Below are positions 29,970-40,176 of a stretch of 64,000 nt of DNA, one piece after another (the first letter of the stretch is position 1; each line of letters opens with the position of its first letter). The position numbers and the translations under genes were made by a program. The notes beneath the pieces are model-generated. The model was not told the DNA's origin. It saw nothing but the letters and a program-made list of their open reading frames with translations, and made no database searches. Source of the DNA: Minisyncoccota bacterium (GTDB lineage: Bacteria; Patescibacteriota; Minisyncoccia; Phycocordibacterales; UBA9973); the NCBI GenBank assembly GCA_041662525.1, contig JBAZSF010000001.1, forward strand, positions 41,383 to 105,382, in the 5' to 3' direction.

Positions 29970-31010
29970 ATGAGTGACTTGTATAAACAAGCTGGTGTAG
30001 ATATTGAAGCTGGTAATGAAGTCGTAAAACGAATAAAAAAAAGTGTGGCAAGCACTCACACTGATGCAGTGCTTACAAATATTGGGCACTTCGGTGGACT
30101 CTATGATTTAGGAGAAATTTTAAAGAATTACAAACACCCAATTTTAGTACAAAGTATTGACGGTGTAGGAACAAAACTCTTGATAGCTAAAATGGCCAAT
30201 AGATATGACTCCGTAGGGGAAGATATCGTCGGACACAGTTGTGGAGACATCTTAGCTATGGGTGCAAAGCCCATCACATTTTTAGACTATGTTGCTAATG
30301 AAAAACTCATTCCTGAAGAAATGGAGCAAATGGTTTCTGGCATGGCAAAAGCTTGCAGAGAAGCTGGAATAGCGATTATCGGCGGCGAAACCGCTGAAAT
30401 GCCAGGAGTGTATATGAAAGGAGAGCACGATATCGCTGGATGTATTACTGGCATAGTAGAAAAAGATAAAATAATAACTGGAGAAAAAATTAAAGAGGGA
30501 AATGTTATTCTCGGTCTTGCTTCATCAGGATTACACACAAATGGATTTTCATTAGCGAGAAAATTAATTTTTGAAAAAGCAGGACATTCTGTAGACGAAA
30601 AAATTCCTGAACTTGATATGACAGTAGGAGAGGCGCTTCTGCAAGTTCATACTAACTACACAAAACCAATACTAGAAATACTCGATTCGGGAATTGAAAT
30701 AAGGGGCATTGCGCACATAACCGGTGGAGGATTCATCGAAAATATTCCCCGCATTCTTCCTAACAGCTTGGACGCAGAAATAAAAAAAGATTCATGGCCC
30801 ATACTTCCAATTTTCTCTTTTATGCAAAGAATTGATAATATTAGTGAGCAAGAAATGTATACAGCATTCAACATGGGAATCGGAATGGTTTTGGTTTCTC
30901 CAATGTTAGAAAAAACAAAAATTGAAGAAATTTTTAAAAAATATCCAGATTTTAAAATTTACGAAATTGGTAAAATTATTAAAGGGGAAGGCAAGGTACA
31001 ATTAATATAA
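29970..31010 (+). CDS. purM: AIR synthetase
   Basis: Y..AGVD, DGVGTK, GGETAEMP, SSGLH.NGFS, HITGGG, FNMGIG. Confidence 0.97.
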   Translation: MSDLYKQAGVDIEAGNEVVKRIKKSVASTHTDAVLTNIGHFGGLYDLGEILKNYKHPILVQSIDGVGTKLLIAKMANRYDSVGEDIVGHSCGDILAMGAKPITFLDYVANEKLIPEEMEQMVSGMAKACREAGIAIIGGETAEMPGVYMKGEHDIAGCITGIVEKDKIITGEKIKEGNVILGLASSGLHTNGFSLARKLIFEKAGHSVDEKIPELDMTVGEALLQVHTNYTKPILEILDSGIEIRGIAHITGGGFIENIPRILPNSLDAEIKKDSWPILPIFSFMQRIDNISEQEMYTAFNMGIGMVLVSPMLEKTKIEEIFKKYPDFKIYEIGKIIKGEGKVQLI

Positions 31011-31024
31011 TTATTTTTAATAAA

Positions 31025-31960
31025 ATGAATATTTTAGAAAAAACAGATTTTAAAAATTTAGGTGAAAAATATATTGGCAAAGTCAGAGACGTATATACTC
31101 AAGATGATAAGGTTATTTTAATTTCTACTGACAGGTATTCGGCTTTTGATCGCAACTTGGCACTTATACCTTGTAAGGGGCAAGTACTTACACAAGTAAG
31201 TAAATTTTGGTTTGAAAATACGAAAGATATTGTGAAAAATCATGTTCTAGATTTCCCTGATCCAAATGTGGTTGTGGGTAAAAAATGTAAAGCAATTCCA
31301 GTAGAATTTGTAGTGCGAGGTTATATCACAGGGGTTACAAGTACATCTCTTTGGACGCATTACATGGAAGGTAAAAGAGATTTTGGTAATTTTGTCTTAC
31401 CTGATGGACTTAAAAAAAATCAAAAGCTAGAAGAACCTGTTTTTACCCCGACAACAAAAGATGAACATGATAGACCGATAACTCCAAAAGAAATTGTAGC
31501 TGAAGGGATACTTTCAGAAAAAATGATAGTGGAATTAGAAAGAATTGCTAAAGCTTTATTCAATCGAGGACAAGAAGTTGCTCTTGCTCACGGACTCATT
31601 TTAGTAGATACAAAATATGAATTCGGCTTAGATGAAAATAATGAAATAATATTGATAGATGAAATCCATACTCCAGATTCTTCTAGATATTGGCAAGCAG
31701 ATTCTTATCAAACTAAAATAGACCAAGGATTGGAACCAGAAAATTTTGATAAAGAATTTTTACGATTATGGTTTAAGAAAAATTGCGACCCTTATAAAGA
31801 CAAAGTCCTACCAGAAGCGCCAATTGATATGGTAAAAGAATTGTCTAGCCGATATATCCGAATTTGCGAACAAATTACTGGTATTCCTTTTAAAGTTGAA
31901 ATAGGAAACATAGAAAAAAGAATAGAAAATAATATTAAAAAATATAATTATGATAAATAA
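31025..31960 (+). CDS. purC: SAICAR synthetase
   Basis: GKVRDVY, TDR.SAFD, E.VVRGY.TG, DTKYEFG, DEIHTPDSSRYW. Confidence 0.97.
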   Translation: MNILEKTDFKNLGEKYIGKVRDVYTQDDKVILISTDRYSAFDRNLALIPCKGQVLTQVSKFWFENTKDIVKNHVLDFPDPNVVVGKKCKAIPVEFVVRGYITGVTSTSLWTHYMEGKRDFGNFVLPDGLKKNQKLEEPVFTPTTKDEHDRPITPKEIVAEGILSEKMIVELERIAKALFNRGQEVALAHGLILVDTKYEFGLDENNEIILIDEIHTPDSSRYWQADSYQTKIDQGLEPENFDKEFLRLWFKKNCDPYKDKVLPEAPIDMVKELSSRYIRICEQITGIPFKVEIGNIEKRIENNIKKYNYDK

Positions 31961-33311
31961 CGCAATAAACCCATTAGACGGAAGATACTTTGATAAAACT
32001 CGAGCTATCGCTCAATATTTTTCTGAGGAAGCTTTAATGAAATACAGAGTAATGGTGGAAGTTGAATATTTGATTGCTTTGTCAGAAAAAAAAATATTCC
32101 GCAAATTTACCCCAAGTGAAATAAAAATAATAAAAAATCTTTATGAAAAATTTGACGAAGTCTCCTATGGTGAAATTAAAAAAATAGAGACAACAACTAA
32201 TCATGACGTCAAAGCAGTTGAATATTTTATTAAGGAAAAGTTATCAGAAACATCTCTAAAAGATAGTATTGAGTGGGTGCATTTTGCTTTAACCTCAGAA
32301 GATACAAATAATTTGGCTTATGGATTGATTCTAAGTGAAGTTACTGCAAATATTTTGACGCCTAAATTAAAAGAAGTCAATCATGAGCTGAAGCTTTTAG
32401 TTAAACGTTATAAGGATTTACCTATGCTCGCACGCACCCACGGACAACCAGCCAGCCCTACGACTTTCGGTAAAGAAATGAATGTGTTTGCTTGTAGACT
32501 TGAACGAGGATTAGATCATTTACTCGGACAAAAAATTATGGTTAAACTTAATGGTGCTTCTGGAAATTATAACGCACACATAGTGGCTTTTCCTAAAATT
32601 GACTGGTTAAAATTTTCTAAAAATTTTGTTATTAATTTAAATAAAAATTTAATATTCAAATTAGAATTAAATGAAGCAACAACCCAAATCGAACCCCATG
32701 ACTCTTATATTGAACTCTTTGATCGTTTTAAAAGGATGAATAATATGCTCATTGATCTCAATCAAGACATGTGGAGATATATTTCTGATAATTGGATAAC
32801 TCAAAAAGCAAAGGAAGGAGAGGTAGGTTCTTCTACTATGCCACATAAAATAAATCCAATCGATTTTGAAAACAGCGAAGGAAACCTTGGTCTAGCAAAC
32901 GCACTTTTTGAATTTTTTGCTAGAAAATTGCCGATTTCACGTCTTCAACGAGACCTTTCGGATTCTACTGTAGAACGCGCTTTTGGCACGGCTTTCGGAC
33001 ATTCATATCTAGCTTACACTTCACTTCTTAAGGGATTAAGTAAAATTAGTGTGAATGAAATAAAGATAAAAGAAGATTTAAATAATCATCCAGAAGTAAT
33101 TGCTGAAGCTATCCAAACCATTTTGCGACGAGAAAAAGTAACTATGCCATATGAAAAATTAAAAGAATTGACTCGTGACAAACAAGTAACATTAATAGAC
33201 ATTCACAACTTTATAAAATCTCTAAACGTAGATGACAAAATAAAAAAGGAATTATTGACAATCACTCCAGAAAATTATATCGGTCTTGCTTCAAAACTCG
33301 CTTCCAAGTAA
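31950..33311 (+). CDS. purB: Adenylosuccinate lyase
   Basis: PLDGRY, TNHDVKAVEY, RTHGQPA.PTT, GSSTMPHK.NPIDFEN. Confidence 0.97.
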   Translation: MINNAINPLDGRYFDKTRAIAQYFSEEALMKYRVMVEVEYLIALSEKKIFRKFTPSEIKIIKNLYEKFDEVSYGEIKKIETTTNHDVKAVEYFIKEKLSETSLKDSIEWVHFALTSEDTNNLAYGLILSEVTANILTPKLKEVNHELKLLVKRYKDLPMLARTHGQPASPTTFGKEMNVFACRLERGLDHLLGQKIMVKLNGASGNYNAHIVAFPKIDWLKFSKNFVINLNKNLIFKLELNEATTQIEPHDSYIELFDRFKRMNNMLIDLNQDMWRYISDNWITQKAKEGEVGSSTMPHKINPIDFENSEGNLGLANALFEFFARKLPISRLQRDLSDSTVERAFGTAFGHSYLAYTSLLKGLSKISVNEIKIKEDLNNHPEVIAEAIQTILRREKVTMPYEKLKELTRDKQVTLIDIHNFIKSLNVDDKIKKELLTITPENYIGLASKLASK

Positions 33312-33320
33312 GATAGGGGG

Positions 33321-33593
33321 ATGGTATACCGTATATTAGCTTCCGTTTTACTTTTATTTTCAATACTTTTTATGCCTTTATGGGTGTCAGCTATTTTGGC
33401 ACTTGGAGGTATGGTTTATTTTAATATTTTTTGGGAAGCAGTCCCGCTATTTCTTTTGTCAGACTTACTTTATGGGGTAAAAGAAATAAAATTTAATAAT
33501 ATAATTTTTATTTCTTTTATTGCATCAATTATTATCCTAATAATCATAGAAATTATAAAAAAGAAACTTAAATTTTACCCAAGCCGCGCTTAA
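33321..33593 (+). CDS. Small membrane protein upstream of PBP2
   Basis: 90 aa, hydrophobic; stop codon falls inside repeat copy B. Confidence 0.65.
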   Translation: MVYRILASVLLLFSILFMPLWVSAILALGGMVYFNIFWEAVPLFLLSDLLYGVKEIKFNNIIFISFIASIIILIIIEIIKKKLKFYPSRA

Positions 33594-33626
33594 AGGACGA
33601 TTGCGCGGCATGATTTCGCTAAATCA
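33583..33626 (+). repeat. Two-hairpin repeat copy B, upstream of the PBP2 gene
   Basis: GCCGCGC..GGACGATT-GCGCGGC-A-TGATTT-CGCT-AAATCA. Confidence 0.75.
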
Positions 33627-33628
33627 AC

Positions 33629-35356
33629 ATGATAACAAGAATAATTAAAAAGAATAAATTAAAACACAAGAATTCCTTTGTAGAGCCCGATGAAATTTTT
33701 CTGGATTCAAAAAATTTACAAAATTTTGATCGTCAGCAATTTGAAGGAAGAATCGAACGCCCAATTTTAAAAAAAACTATTCTGATGTTGGGTATTTTGT
33801 TTTTATTTTTTACTGGAATTTTCGGGGCTCGTCTTGCTTATCTTCAAATTCAAAAAGGCCAAGCATATTTCAACCGAAGCCAAAATAATATGTTAGAAAA
33901 AACTATTATATTTACTGGTAGAGGTATTATTTACGACCGGAATAAAAAAGAACTAGTGTGGAATAAAAAAGAAAACCCAGGAACTGATGTGCTCAGAGAG
34001 AGTTCAGTTTCTCGTCCTCCCACTCGTGCATATTTATCACCAGGATTCTCACATCTTTTGGGTTATGTGAGTTATCCATCAAAAGACGATTCAGGTAACT
34101 ATTGGCAAGGTGAATTCATAGGCAAAGATGGATTAGAGAAAGAATATAATGATTTACTTAAAGGAGAAAACGGAGCAAAAATAATTGAAACAGATGCCTT
34201 AAAAAAAATATATTCAGAAAATATTGTAAATGCTCCGAAGCAGGGAAATGATCTAGTGACGACGATTGATGCCCGGGTGCAAGGAGAATTATTTAATCTT
34301 ATTAAAAATCTTTCAACTGATAGAACTTTTAATGGTGGGGGAGGAGTAATAATGGATGCTACAAATGGAGAGATAATAACTACTACGAGTTTTCCTGAAT
34401 ATAATTCCGAAATTCTTTCATTTGGAAAAGATGTATCGACTATTAATAGCTATCTCACTGACAAAAGAAAAGTTTTTGTAGATAAAAATATTTCAGGACT
34501 TTATACTCCTGGATCAATCGTAAAGCCCTTTTTTGCTTTAGGGGCTCTGACAGAAGGTGTAATTGATCCCTATAAAAAAATACTTTCTACAGGTTCTATT
34601 TCTATTCCTAACCCTTACTTAAAAGATCAAAAAACTATTTTTAAAGATTGGCAAGTAAATGGCTGGACAAATATGATGGAGGCAATAGCAGTATCTTCAG
34701 ATATTTATTTTTATGAAATTGGAGGAGGATTTGAAGACCAAAAAGGACTTGGTATAGCAAATATAGAAAAATATGCCAAACTTTTTGGCTTTGGAGATAA
34801 AACTGGAGTTGACCTTCCCGACGAAAAAAAGGGAACAATCCCAAGCCCAGAATGGAAAGCGTTAAACTTTAAAAATGATCCTTGGCGTGTTGGGGACACT
34901 TATCATACTGCCATCGGACAATATGGTTTCCAAGTAACTCCAATGGAAATGGCTCGAGCGGTAGGAGCTATTGCAAACAATGGAAAATTATTAACTCCAC
35001 ACTTGATATTAAATGATACTGTAAAAGAAAATCAAAATACTATAATAAATTTAAATAAAGAATATTTTGACACTATCCACCTTGGTATGAGAATGGCTGT
35101 AACTTCTGGAACTGCTGTCTCACTAAATATACCCTATGTACAAGTCGCTGCTAAAACTGGTACAGCCCAAGTTGGTCTAGCAAAAAATAAAGTGAACTCT
35201 TGGGTCATCGGTTTTTTCCCATACGATAATCCTAAATACGCTTTTGCAATAATGATGGAAGCAGGACCATCTTCTACTGGAACTGGTGCAGCTGCTTCTA
35301 TTATGCGTCAACTTTTAGATTGGATGTTCATCAATACTCCAGAGTACTTTAAATAA
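33629..35356 (+). CDS. mrdA: Class B penicillin-binding protein (PBP2-like)
   Basis: RG.IYDRN, G..GLE.EY, PGSIVK (SxxK), SSD, KTGTAQ. Confidence 0.88.
   Translation: MITRIIKKNKLKHKNSFVEPDEIFLDSKNLQNFDRQQFEGRIERPILKKTILMLGILFLFFTGIFGARLAYLQIQKGQAYFNRSQNNMLEKTIIFTGRGIIYDRNKKELVWNKKENPGTDVLRESSVSRPPTRAYLSPGFSHLLGYVSYPSKDDSGNYWQGEFIGKDGLEKEYNDLLKGENGAKIIETDALKKIYSENIVNAPKQGNDLVTTIDARVQGELFNLIKNLSTDRTFNGGGGVIMDATNGEIITTTSFPEYNSEILSFGKDVSTINSYLTDKRKVFVDKNISGLYTPGSIVKPFFALGALTEGVIDPYKKILSTGSISIPNPYLKDQKTIFKDWQVNGWTNMMEAIAVSSDIYFYEIGGGFEDQKGLGIANIEKYAKLFGFGDKTGVDLPDEKKGTIPSPEWKALNFKNDPWRVGDTYHTAIGQYGFQVTPMEMARAVGAIANNGKLLTPHLILNDTVKENQNTIINLNKEYFDTIHLGMRMAVTSGTAVSLNIPYVQVAAKTGTAQVGLAKNKVNSWVIGFFPYDNPKYAFAIMMEAGPSSTGTGAAASIMRQLLDWMFINTPEYFK
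33979..34012. repeat. Possible in-frame hairpin insertion in PBP2
   Basis: AGGAACTGA-N16-TCAGTTTCT (PGTDVLRESSVSR); single copy in the window. Confidence 0.4.
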
Positions 35357-35391
35357 TTAGATTTTTCATAGTTTATTGTTATAATATAACA

Positions 35392-36411
35392 ATGTTCTCT
35401 TGGCTTAAAAAACACTTCATTCCACACGAAGGAAATGAACATCGTCCACATATTTTGCGTAGCGGTAGTATTCGCAATATCGTTATTGTTATTATTTTCT
35501 TAGAAATAATAACTTTTCTTTTACCGACATTTACTCATTTAAATACAACTGTAAATATGGCGGCTGTTTTGCCAGCAGTCTTGGCTGATCTTACTAATAC
35601 TGAACGACAATCCCAAAATCTTCCAACTCTTACCGTTAACCCGGTCTTAAACAAAGCGGCAGAAATGAAAGCGACAGACATGGCAACAAAGAGTTACTTT
35701 GCTCACACTAGCCCGGAAGGAAAAACTCCTTGGTATTGGCTCACTCAAGTGGAATATAAATACCAATACGCTGGTGAAAATCTAGCTATTAATTTTAGTG
35801 ATTCAAAAGATGTGACAAATGCTTGGATGGCAAGTCCTACCCATAAAGCAAATATCGTGAAAGGAAACTATACAGAAATAGGCACCGGTATTGCTAGAGG
35901 TATCTATGAAGGTAGGGAAACAATATTTGTAGCACAAGTGTATGCAAATCCTTTACCTGTATCTAACGTAGTAGCGCAAATTGAACCTGAAAAAATAATA
36001 ACTAAGCCTGTGAATACAACACCCAAGGTCGTCGTCACAAAAGAACCAGAAAATGTTCTTGGAGTAGAGATCACCACCCCTAGCGAAACCCCAGCAAAAA
36101 CAGGGGAAGTAACTAATACAGAAAATATCCAAAACATTCCTTCTAACCCAATTCAAAATCCTACCTTCTGGCAAAAATTGATTTCTTCTCCTCGAAACAA
36201 TATGAACATAATTCTTTATATTATTTTTGGAATAGTTTTTATTGCTTTGCTTTTCTATATTCTTCTAAAAATAAAAAATTATCATATTGACCTAATAACA
36301 AATGGATTAATAGTTTTGTCTATCATTGGAGTAATTTTTATTTTTAATTATTATTTAACCCATCACAATATGGTCATCACTCAAAGTTTAGATTATTCAA
36401 GTGAGTCTTAG
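35392..36411 (+). CDS. CAP/SCP-domain membrane protein
   Basis: TN.ER, L..AA.MKA.DM....YFAH.SP.G, AGENLA, AWM.SP.H..NI. Confidence 0.9.
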   Translation: MFSWLKKHFIPHEGNEHRPHILRSGSIRNIVIVIIFLEIITFLLPTFTHLNTTVNMAAVLPAVLADLTNTERQSQNLPTLTVNPVLNKAAEMKATDMATKSYFAHTSPEGKTPWYWLTQVEYKYQYAGENLAINFSDSKDVTNAWMASPTHKANIVKGNYTEIGTGIARGIYEGRETIFVAQVYANPLPVSNVVAQIEPEKIITKPVNTTPKVVVTKEPENVLGVEITTPSETPAKTGEVTNTENIQNIPSNPIQNPTFWQKLISSPRNNMNIILYIIFGIVFIALLFYILLKIKNYHIDLITNGLIVLSIIGVIFIFNYYLTHHNMVITQSLDYSSES

Positions 36412-36437
36412 AGATTATTGTGATATAATTAATATAA

Positions 36438-37214
36438 ATGAAGAAATATATCATTACATTATTTATTCTTTTTGTTTTACTGGTCTTATCTTTGTTTTTT
36501 TACTACAAATTTGACCCATCTTTGTTCACAAGGCTTTCTTTTTATATGAGTCTGGCGAATCCTTCTATGCGCATAGTGAAGGTCCAAGAGGGTCTGCGTA
36601 AAGAAGAAGTAGCGCAAGTAATAGCGAACAAGCTCAACTGGGATGTACAAGAAAAAGAGGATTTTATAAATAACGCAAGTGTAGAAGGGTATTATTTTCC
36701 AAAAACTTACTTAATTTATAAAGATGATGATCCTTCTGCAGTCAAAGCGACTATGCTTGATGAATTTAACAAACAAGTAAATACAATAAAAAAACCAAAA
36801 TCAAAACAGATAATAAATGAAGATACTGCTATTAAAATTGCTTCCATTATTCAGCGTGAAGCAGCCGGTAAAAAAGATATGAATTTAATTTCAGGAATAA
36901 TTTGGAATCGTATTTTTAATGGAATGAAATTGCAAATAGACGCAACTCTTCAATACGCTAAAGGAAGTGAAGAAGATGGTTGGTGGCAACGAGTTAATTC
37001 TGAAGATAAAAAAATAGAATCTACTTATAACACTTACCTTTATGCTGGATTACCGCCTGGGCCTATCGCAAACCCCGGACTAGCTGCTATCTCTGCCGCT
37101 TATAATCCACAAAAAACAAAGTGCCTTTTTTACTTGCATGACAAAAAAAGAAAGATCCACTGTGCAGCGACCTACGAGGAACACAAAAAAAATATAGAGA
37201 TTTATCTCAAATAA
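36438..37214 (+). CDS. mltG: Endolytic transglycosylase
   Basis: EGY.FP.TY, IASIIQRE, LQIDAT.QY, YNTY...GLPPGPI.NPG. Confidence 0.9.
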   Translation: MKKYIITLFILFVLLVLSLFFYYKFDPSLFTRLSFYMSLANPSMRIVKVQEGLRKEEVAQVIANKLNWDVQEKEDFINNASVEGYYFPKTYLIYKDDDPSAVKATMLDEFNKQVNTIKKPKSKQIINEDTAIKIASIIQREAAGKKDMNLISGIIWNRIFNGMKLQIDATLQYAKGSEEDGWWQRVNSEDKKIESTYNTYLYAGLPPGPIANPGLAAISAAYNPQKTKCLFYLHDKKRKIHCAATYEEHKKNIEIYLK

Positions 37215-37268
37215 AAGATAAGGTAACTAAACTTGCATATATCCGTCTTTTATTGATACAATATACCT

Positions 37269-37508
37269 ATGCAAAAAGCACGTATATTTTTAGTTTTGGG
37301 TATTTGGATAGCAGTATTGCCATATTTAGGTTTCCCATATTCTTGGAAAGATGTTTTGACAACTCTTTCCGGAATTGGACTTATTTGTGCAAGCTATATG
37401 ATGTACAAAGAATCTAAACTAAAGGAAGTTCAAAAAGAAAAAACTTTTGATAATTTTAGAGAGAATGATTTCAAAGAAGAACCTGAAGAAGAAAAATATA
37501 ACACATAA
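37269..37508 (+). CDS. Small membrane protein
   Basis: LG.W...LPYLGFP..WK; 2 TM plus acidic tail. Confidence 0.7.
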   Translation: MQKARIFLVLGIWIAVLPYLGFPYSWKDVLTTLSGIGLICASYMMYKESKLKEVQKEKTFDNFRENDFKEEPEEEKYNT

Positions 37509-37512
37509 TCTA

Positions 37513-38751
37513 ATGCAAAAATTTTCTGATTTTTTAAACACAAAACGTATCGCTGCTACTATTTTGATAGTTTTTTTATTTATTGCTACTTTTATCGGAG
37601 GTGTGTACGTTGGTGATTCTAATCGACCCGAGATAGATAAAGTTTTAGGTATTTCAAATAAAGAAACACAAGTTATAACAACAACAGATTTTTCTCCATT
37701 TTGGAAAGTTTGGAATACCATTAATGAGAAAAATCCGTCTGCAAGCGGGGTAACTGACCAAGACAGGGTATATGGAGCTATCGAAGGGCTTGTAAGCTCA
37801 TTAAACGACCCGTATAGCGTATTTTTTAACCCAGACGAGACGAAGTCTTTCGAAGAAGAAATATCCGGCAATTTTGACGGTATTGGTATGGAGGTCGGAA
37901 TAAAAGACAAAATCCTTACTGTTATCGCTTCACTCAAAGATACTCCGGCTTATCGAGCAAATATAAAATCTGGTGATAAAATTCTTAAAATTGATACTAC
38001 TGTCACCACAGACTTAAGTATTGAAAAAGCAATTAAGTTAATACGTGGACCAAAAGGAACGACTGTCACACTTACAATTTTTAGAGAGGGAAGTCAAAAG
38101 CCAGAAGAAATAAAAATAGTACGAGACACTATAAATATACCGACATTAGATACGGAATTGAGAAAAGATGGAATTTTTGTAATTAAACTCTATAGTTTTT
38201 CTGCTAATTCTGCTAATCTTTTTCGTAATGCGATGAAGCAATTTGCAGAATCTGGATCTGATAAACTTTTACTTGATTTGAGAGGGAATCCTGGAGGCTA
38301 CTTGGATGCATCTGTGGATATGGCAAGCTGGTTCTTACCAGAAGGAAAGACAGTCGTAACTGAAGACTATGGTAATAGTAAAAAAGAAAAAATATTTAGA
38401 AGTAAGGGTTATAATATTTTTAATGATAAATTAAAATTTGTCATTTTAATTGATGATGGTTCCGCTTCAGCTTCTGAAATTCTCGCAGGTGCCATGCAAG
38501 ACAACGAGAAGGCAAAATTAGTAGGAAGCCAAAGTTTCGGTAAAGGATCAGTACAGGAAGTCATCGACATAACTCCAGATACGATTTTAAAAATAACAGT
38601 AGCAAAATGGCTAACACCTAACGGAAATTCTATTTCCGAAAAAGGATTAACACCAGATTATCCTGTAGAAATTACTCAAAAAGATTTAGATGCAAAAACA
38701 GATCCACAATTAAACAAAGCAGTAGAATTATTACTAGCACCTATCAACTAG
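37513..38751 (+). CDS. ctpA: S41 family carboxy-terminal processing protease
   Basis: DPYS, PDZ domain, LDLRGNPGG, SASASEI, GKGSVQ; start moved to 37513. Confidence 0.92.
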   Translation: MQKFSDFLNTKRIAATILIVFLFIATFIGGVYVGDSNRPEIDKVLGISNKETQVITTTDFSPFWKVWNTINEKNPSASGVTDQDRVYGAIEGLVSSLNDPYSVFFNPDETKSFEEEISGNFDGIGMEVGIKDKILTVIASLKDTPAYRANIKSGDKILKIDTTVTTDLSIEKAIKLIRGPKGTTVTLTIFREGSQKPEEIKIVRDTINIPTLDTELRKDGIFVIKLYSFSANSANLFRNAMKQFAESGSDKLLLDLRGNPGGYLDASVDMASWFLPEGKTVVTEDYGNSKKEKIFRSKGYNIFNDKLKFVILIDDGSASASEILAGAMQDNEKAKLVGSQSFGKGSVQEVIDITPDTILKITVAKWLTPNGNSISEKGLTPDYPVEITQKDLDAKTDPQLNKAVELLLAPIN

Positions 38752-38764
38752 AAACTGATTATCT

Positions 38765-39208
38765 ATGAAAGTTATATTTTTAAAAGATGTGCCTAGGGTA
38801 GGGAAAAGACACGATACAAAAGAAGTAAACGACGGCTATGCCCTCAATTTTCTAATTCCTAGAAAGTTTGCTGAAATGGCGACTCCAAATGCTCTTGCCT
38901 TACTAGAAACAAAAAAGAAAAATATTAAAATAGAAAGAGAAATGCAAGAAGATCTTTTGCTAAAAAATTTGGAAAATATAAAAGAAAAAATCGTCACAAT
39001 AAAAGCCAAAGCAGATGAAAAAGGACATTTATTCTCTGGGATAAAAAATAAAGAGATTATAAAAGAGATGAAAGCTCAACACAATGCTGAAATCAGTGAA
39101 GAATCTATTGTTTTAGAAAAACCAATTAAAGAAATAGGGGAGTTTGAAATCCAAATTTCCATGAAAGACAAAAAATCTTCTTTTAAGCTAAAAGTAGAGA
39201 GAGCTTAA
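38765..39208 (+). CDS. rplI: 50S ribosomal protein L9
   Basis: MKVIFLKDV...GK....EV.DGYA.NFLIP. Confidence 0.96.
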   Translation: MKVIFLKDVPRVGKRHDTKEVNDGYALNFLIPRKFAEMATPNALALLETKKKNIKIEREMQEDLLLKNLENIKEKIVTIKAKADEKGHLFSGIKNKEIIKEMKAQHNAEISEESIVLEKPIKEIGEFEIQISMKDKKSSFKLKVERA

Positions 39209-39480
39209 ATTACTACATTTACAACCTTTTTAACTGCTGTTTTGCCGTTAAAAGATGTTTTTCGTTTAGAGCCGAATTTAACTATGCCGTCTTTGAGAGC
39301 AAAAAGAGTGTGGTCTTTACCAGCAGAAACATTTGTACCAGCCATAATAGCTGTGCCACGCTGACGAACGATAATAGAGCCAGATTGAGCCTTTTGGCCG
39401 TCAGTAAGCTTTATTCCAAGGTATTGTGGATTAGAATCTCTTAAGTTTTTCGCGGTTCCACCCGCCTTTCTATGTGCCAT
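39205..39480 (-). CDS. rpmA: 50S ribosomal protein L27
   Basis: MAHRKAGG...N.RDS...[18 protein letters not shown]. Confidence 0.97.
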   Translation of the reverse strand: MAHRKAGGTAKNLRDSNPQYLGIKLTDGQKAQSGSIIVRQRGTAIMAGTNVSAGKDHTLFALKDGIVKFGSKRKTSFNGKTAVKKVVNVVI

Positions 39481-39546
39481 TTGATGTTATTTTATTTAAT
39501 GCTAAAATTCATTTGTAATTGAATTACCACAAGTATATATAATTTT

Positions 39547-39915
39547 ATGGAAAAAATCAAGCAATTTATAAATGAAACAATTCAAAGTGAAAAAGGAAAG
39601 GATGTTTTAGTAGTTATTATTGTTATTTTAGTTGGCTTGATATCATTTGAACTAGGTAGACTATCTAAGGAAAATGACCAAGGGGGCCTTAAAATCGAAT
39701 ATACAGACCCAAATCTCACTCAAACGGCTAATATAATCTCTACGGTTACTAATAACAAAACAGGAAAAAATTTCTTTGCCTCCAGTAAGGGAAGTAAATA
39801 TTATTCTCTAGGATGCTCTGCTGGTAAAACTATTAAACAAGAAAACAGAGTTTACTTTGCAACAGGGGAAGAAGCAGAAGTGGCTGGATATACACTTTCT
39901 AGCTCGTGTAGGTAA
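39547..39915 (+). CDS. Membrane-anchored protein with Ada-like metal-binding C-terminus
   Basis: TM, then ASSKGSKYY...C....I..ENR.YF...EEAE.AGY....C. Confidence 0.65.
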   Translation: MEKIKQFINETIQSEKGKDVLVVIIVILVGLISFELGRLSKENDQGGLKIEYTDPNLTQTANIISTVTNNKTGKNFFASSKGSKYYSLGCSAGKTIKQENRVYFATGEEAEVAGYTLSSSCR

Positions 39916-39952
39916 TATATATGAGTGTCGCACAATATATGTTTGGGTAGTA

Positions 39953-40153
39953 TTACTTAACACTATTAAAGAGATCCTTGAACCAATTTAATGCTTCCTT
40001 AAGCCAATTGATAATTTCAATCCAAGTAAGATTAAAATAACTTAAAATACCAGTTATTGTAAGATTAAAATATCTCATTAAAAGTAAAGCTAAAACAATA
40101 AGAATAATAATTTGCAAAAATCCACTTTGTTTATTTTTTATTTCATTTTTCAT
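39953..40153 (-). CDS. Small membrane protein
   Basis: KQSGF followed by a hydrophobic helix (prepilin-like G|F site possible). Confidence 0.6.
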   Translation of the reverse strand: MKNEIKNKQSGFLQIIILIVLALLLMRYFNLTITGILSYFNLTWIEIINWLKEALNWFKDLFNSVK

Positions 40154-40176
40154 ACTTATATTTTACCACACTAAAT

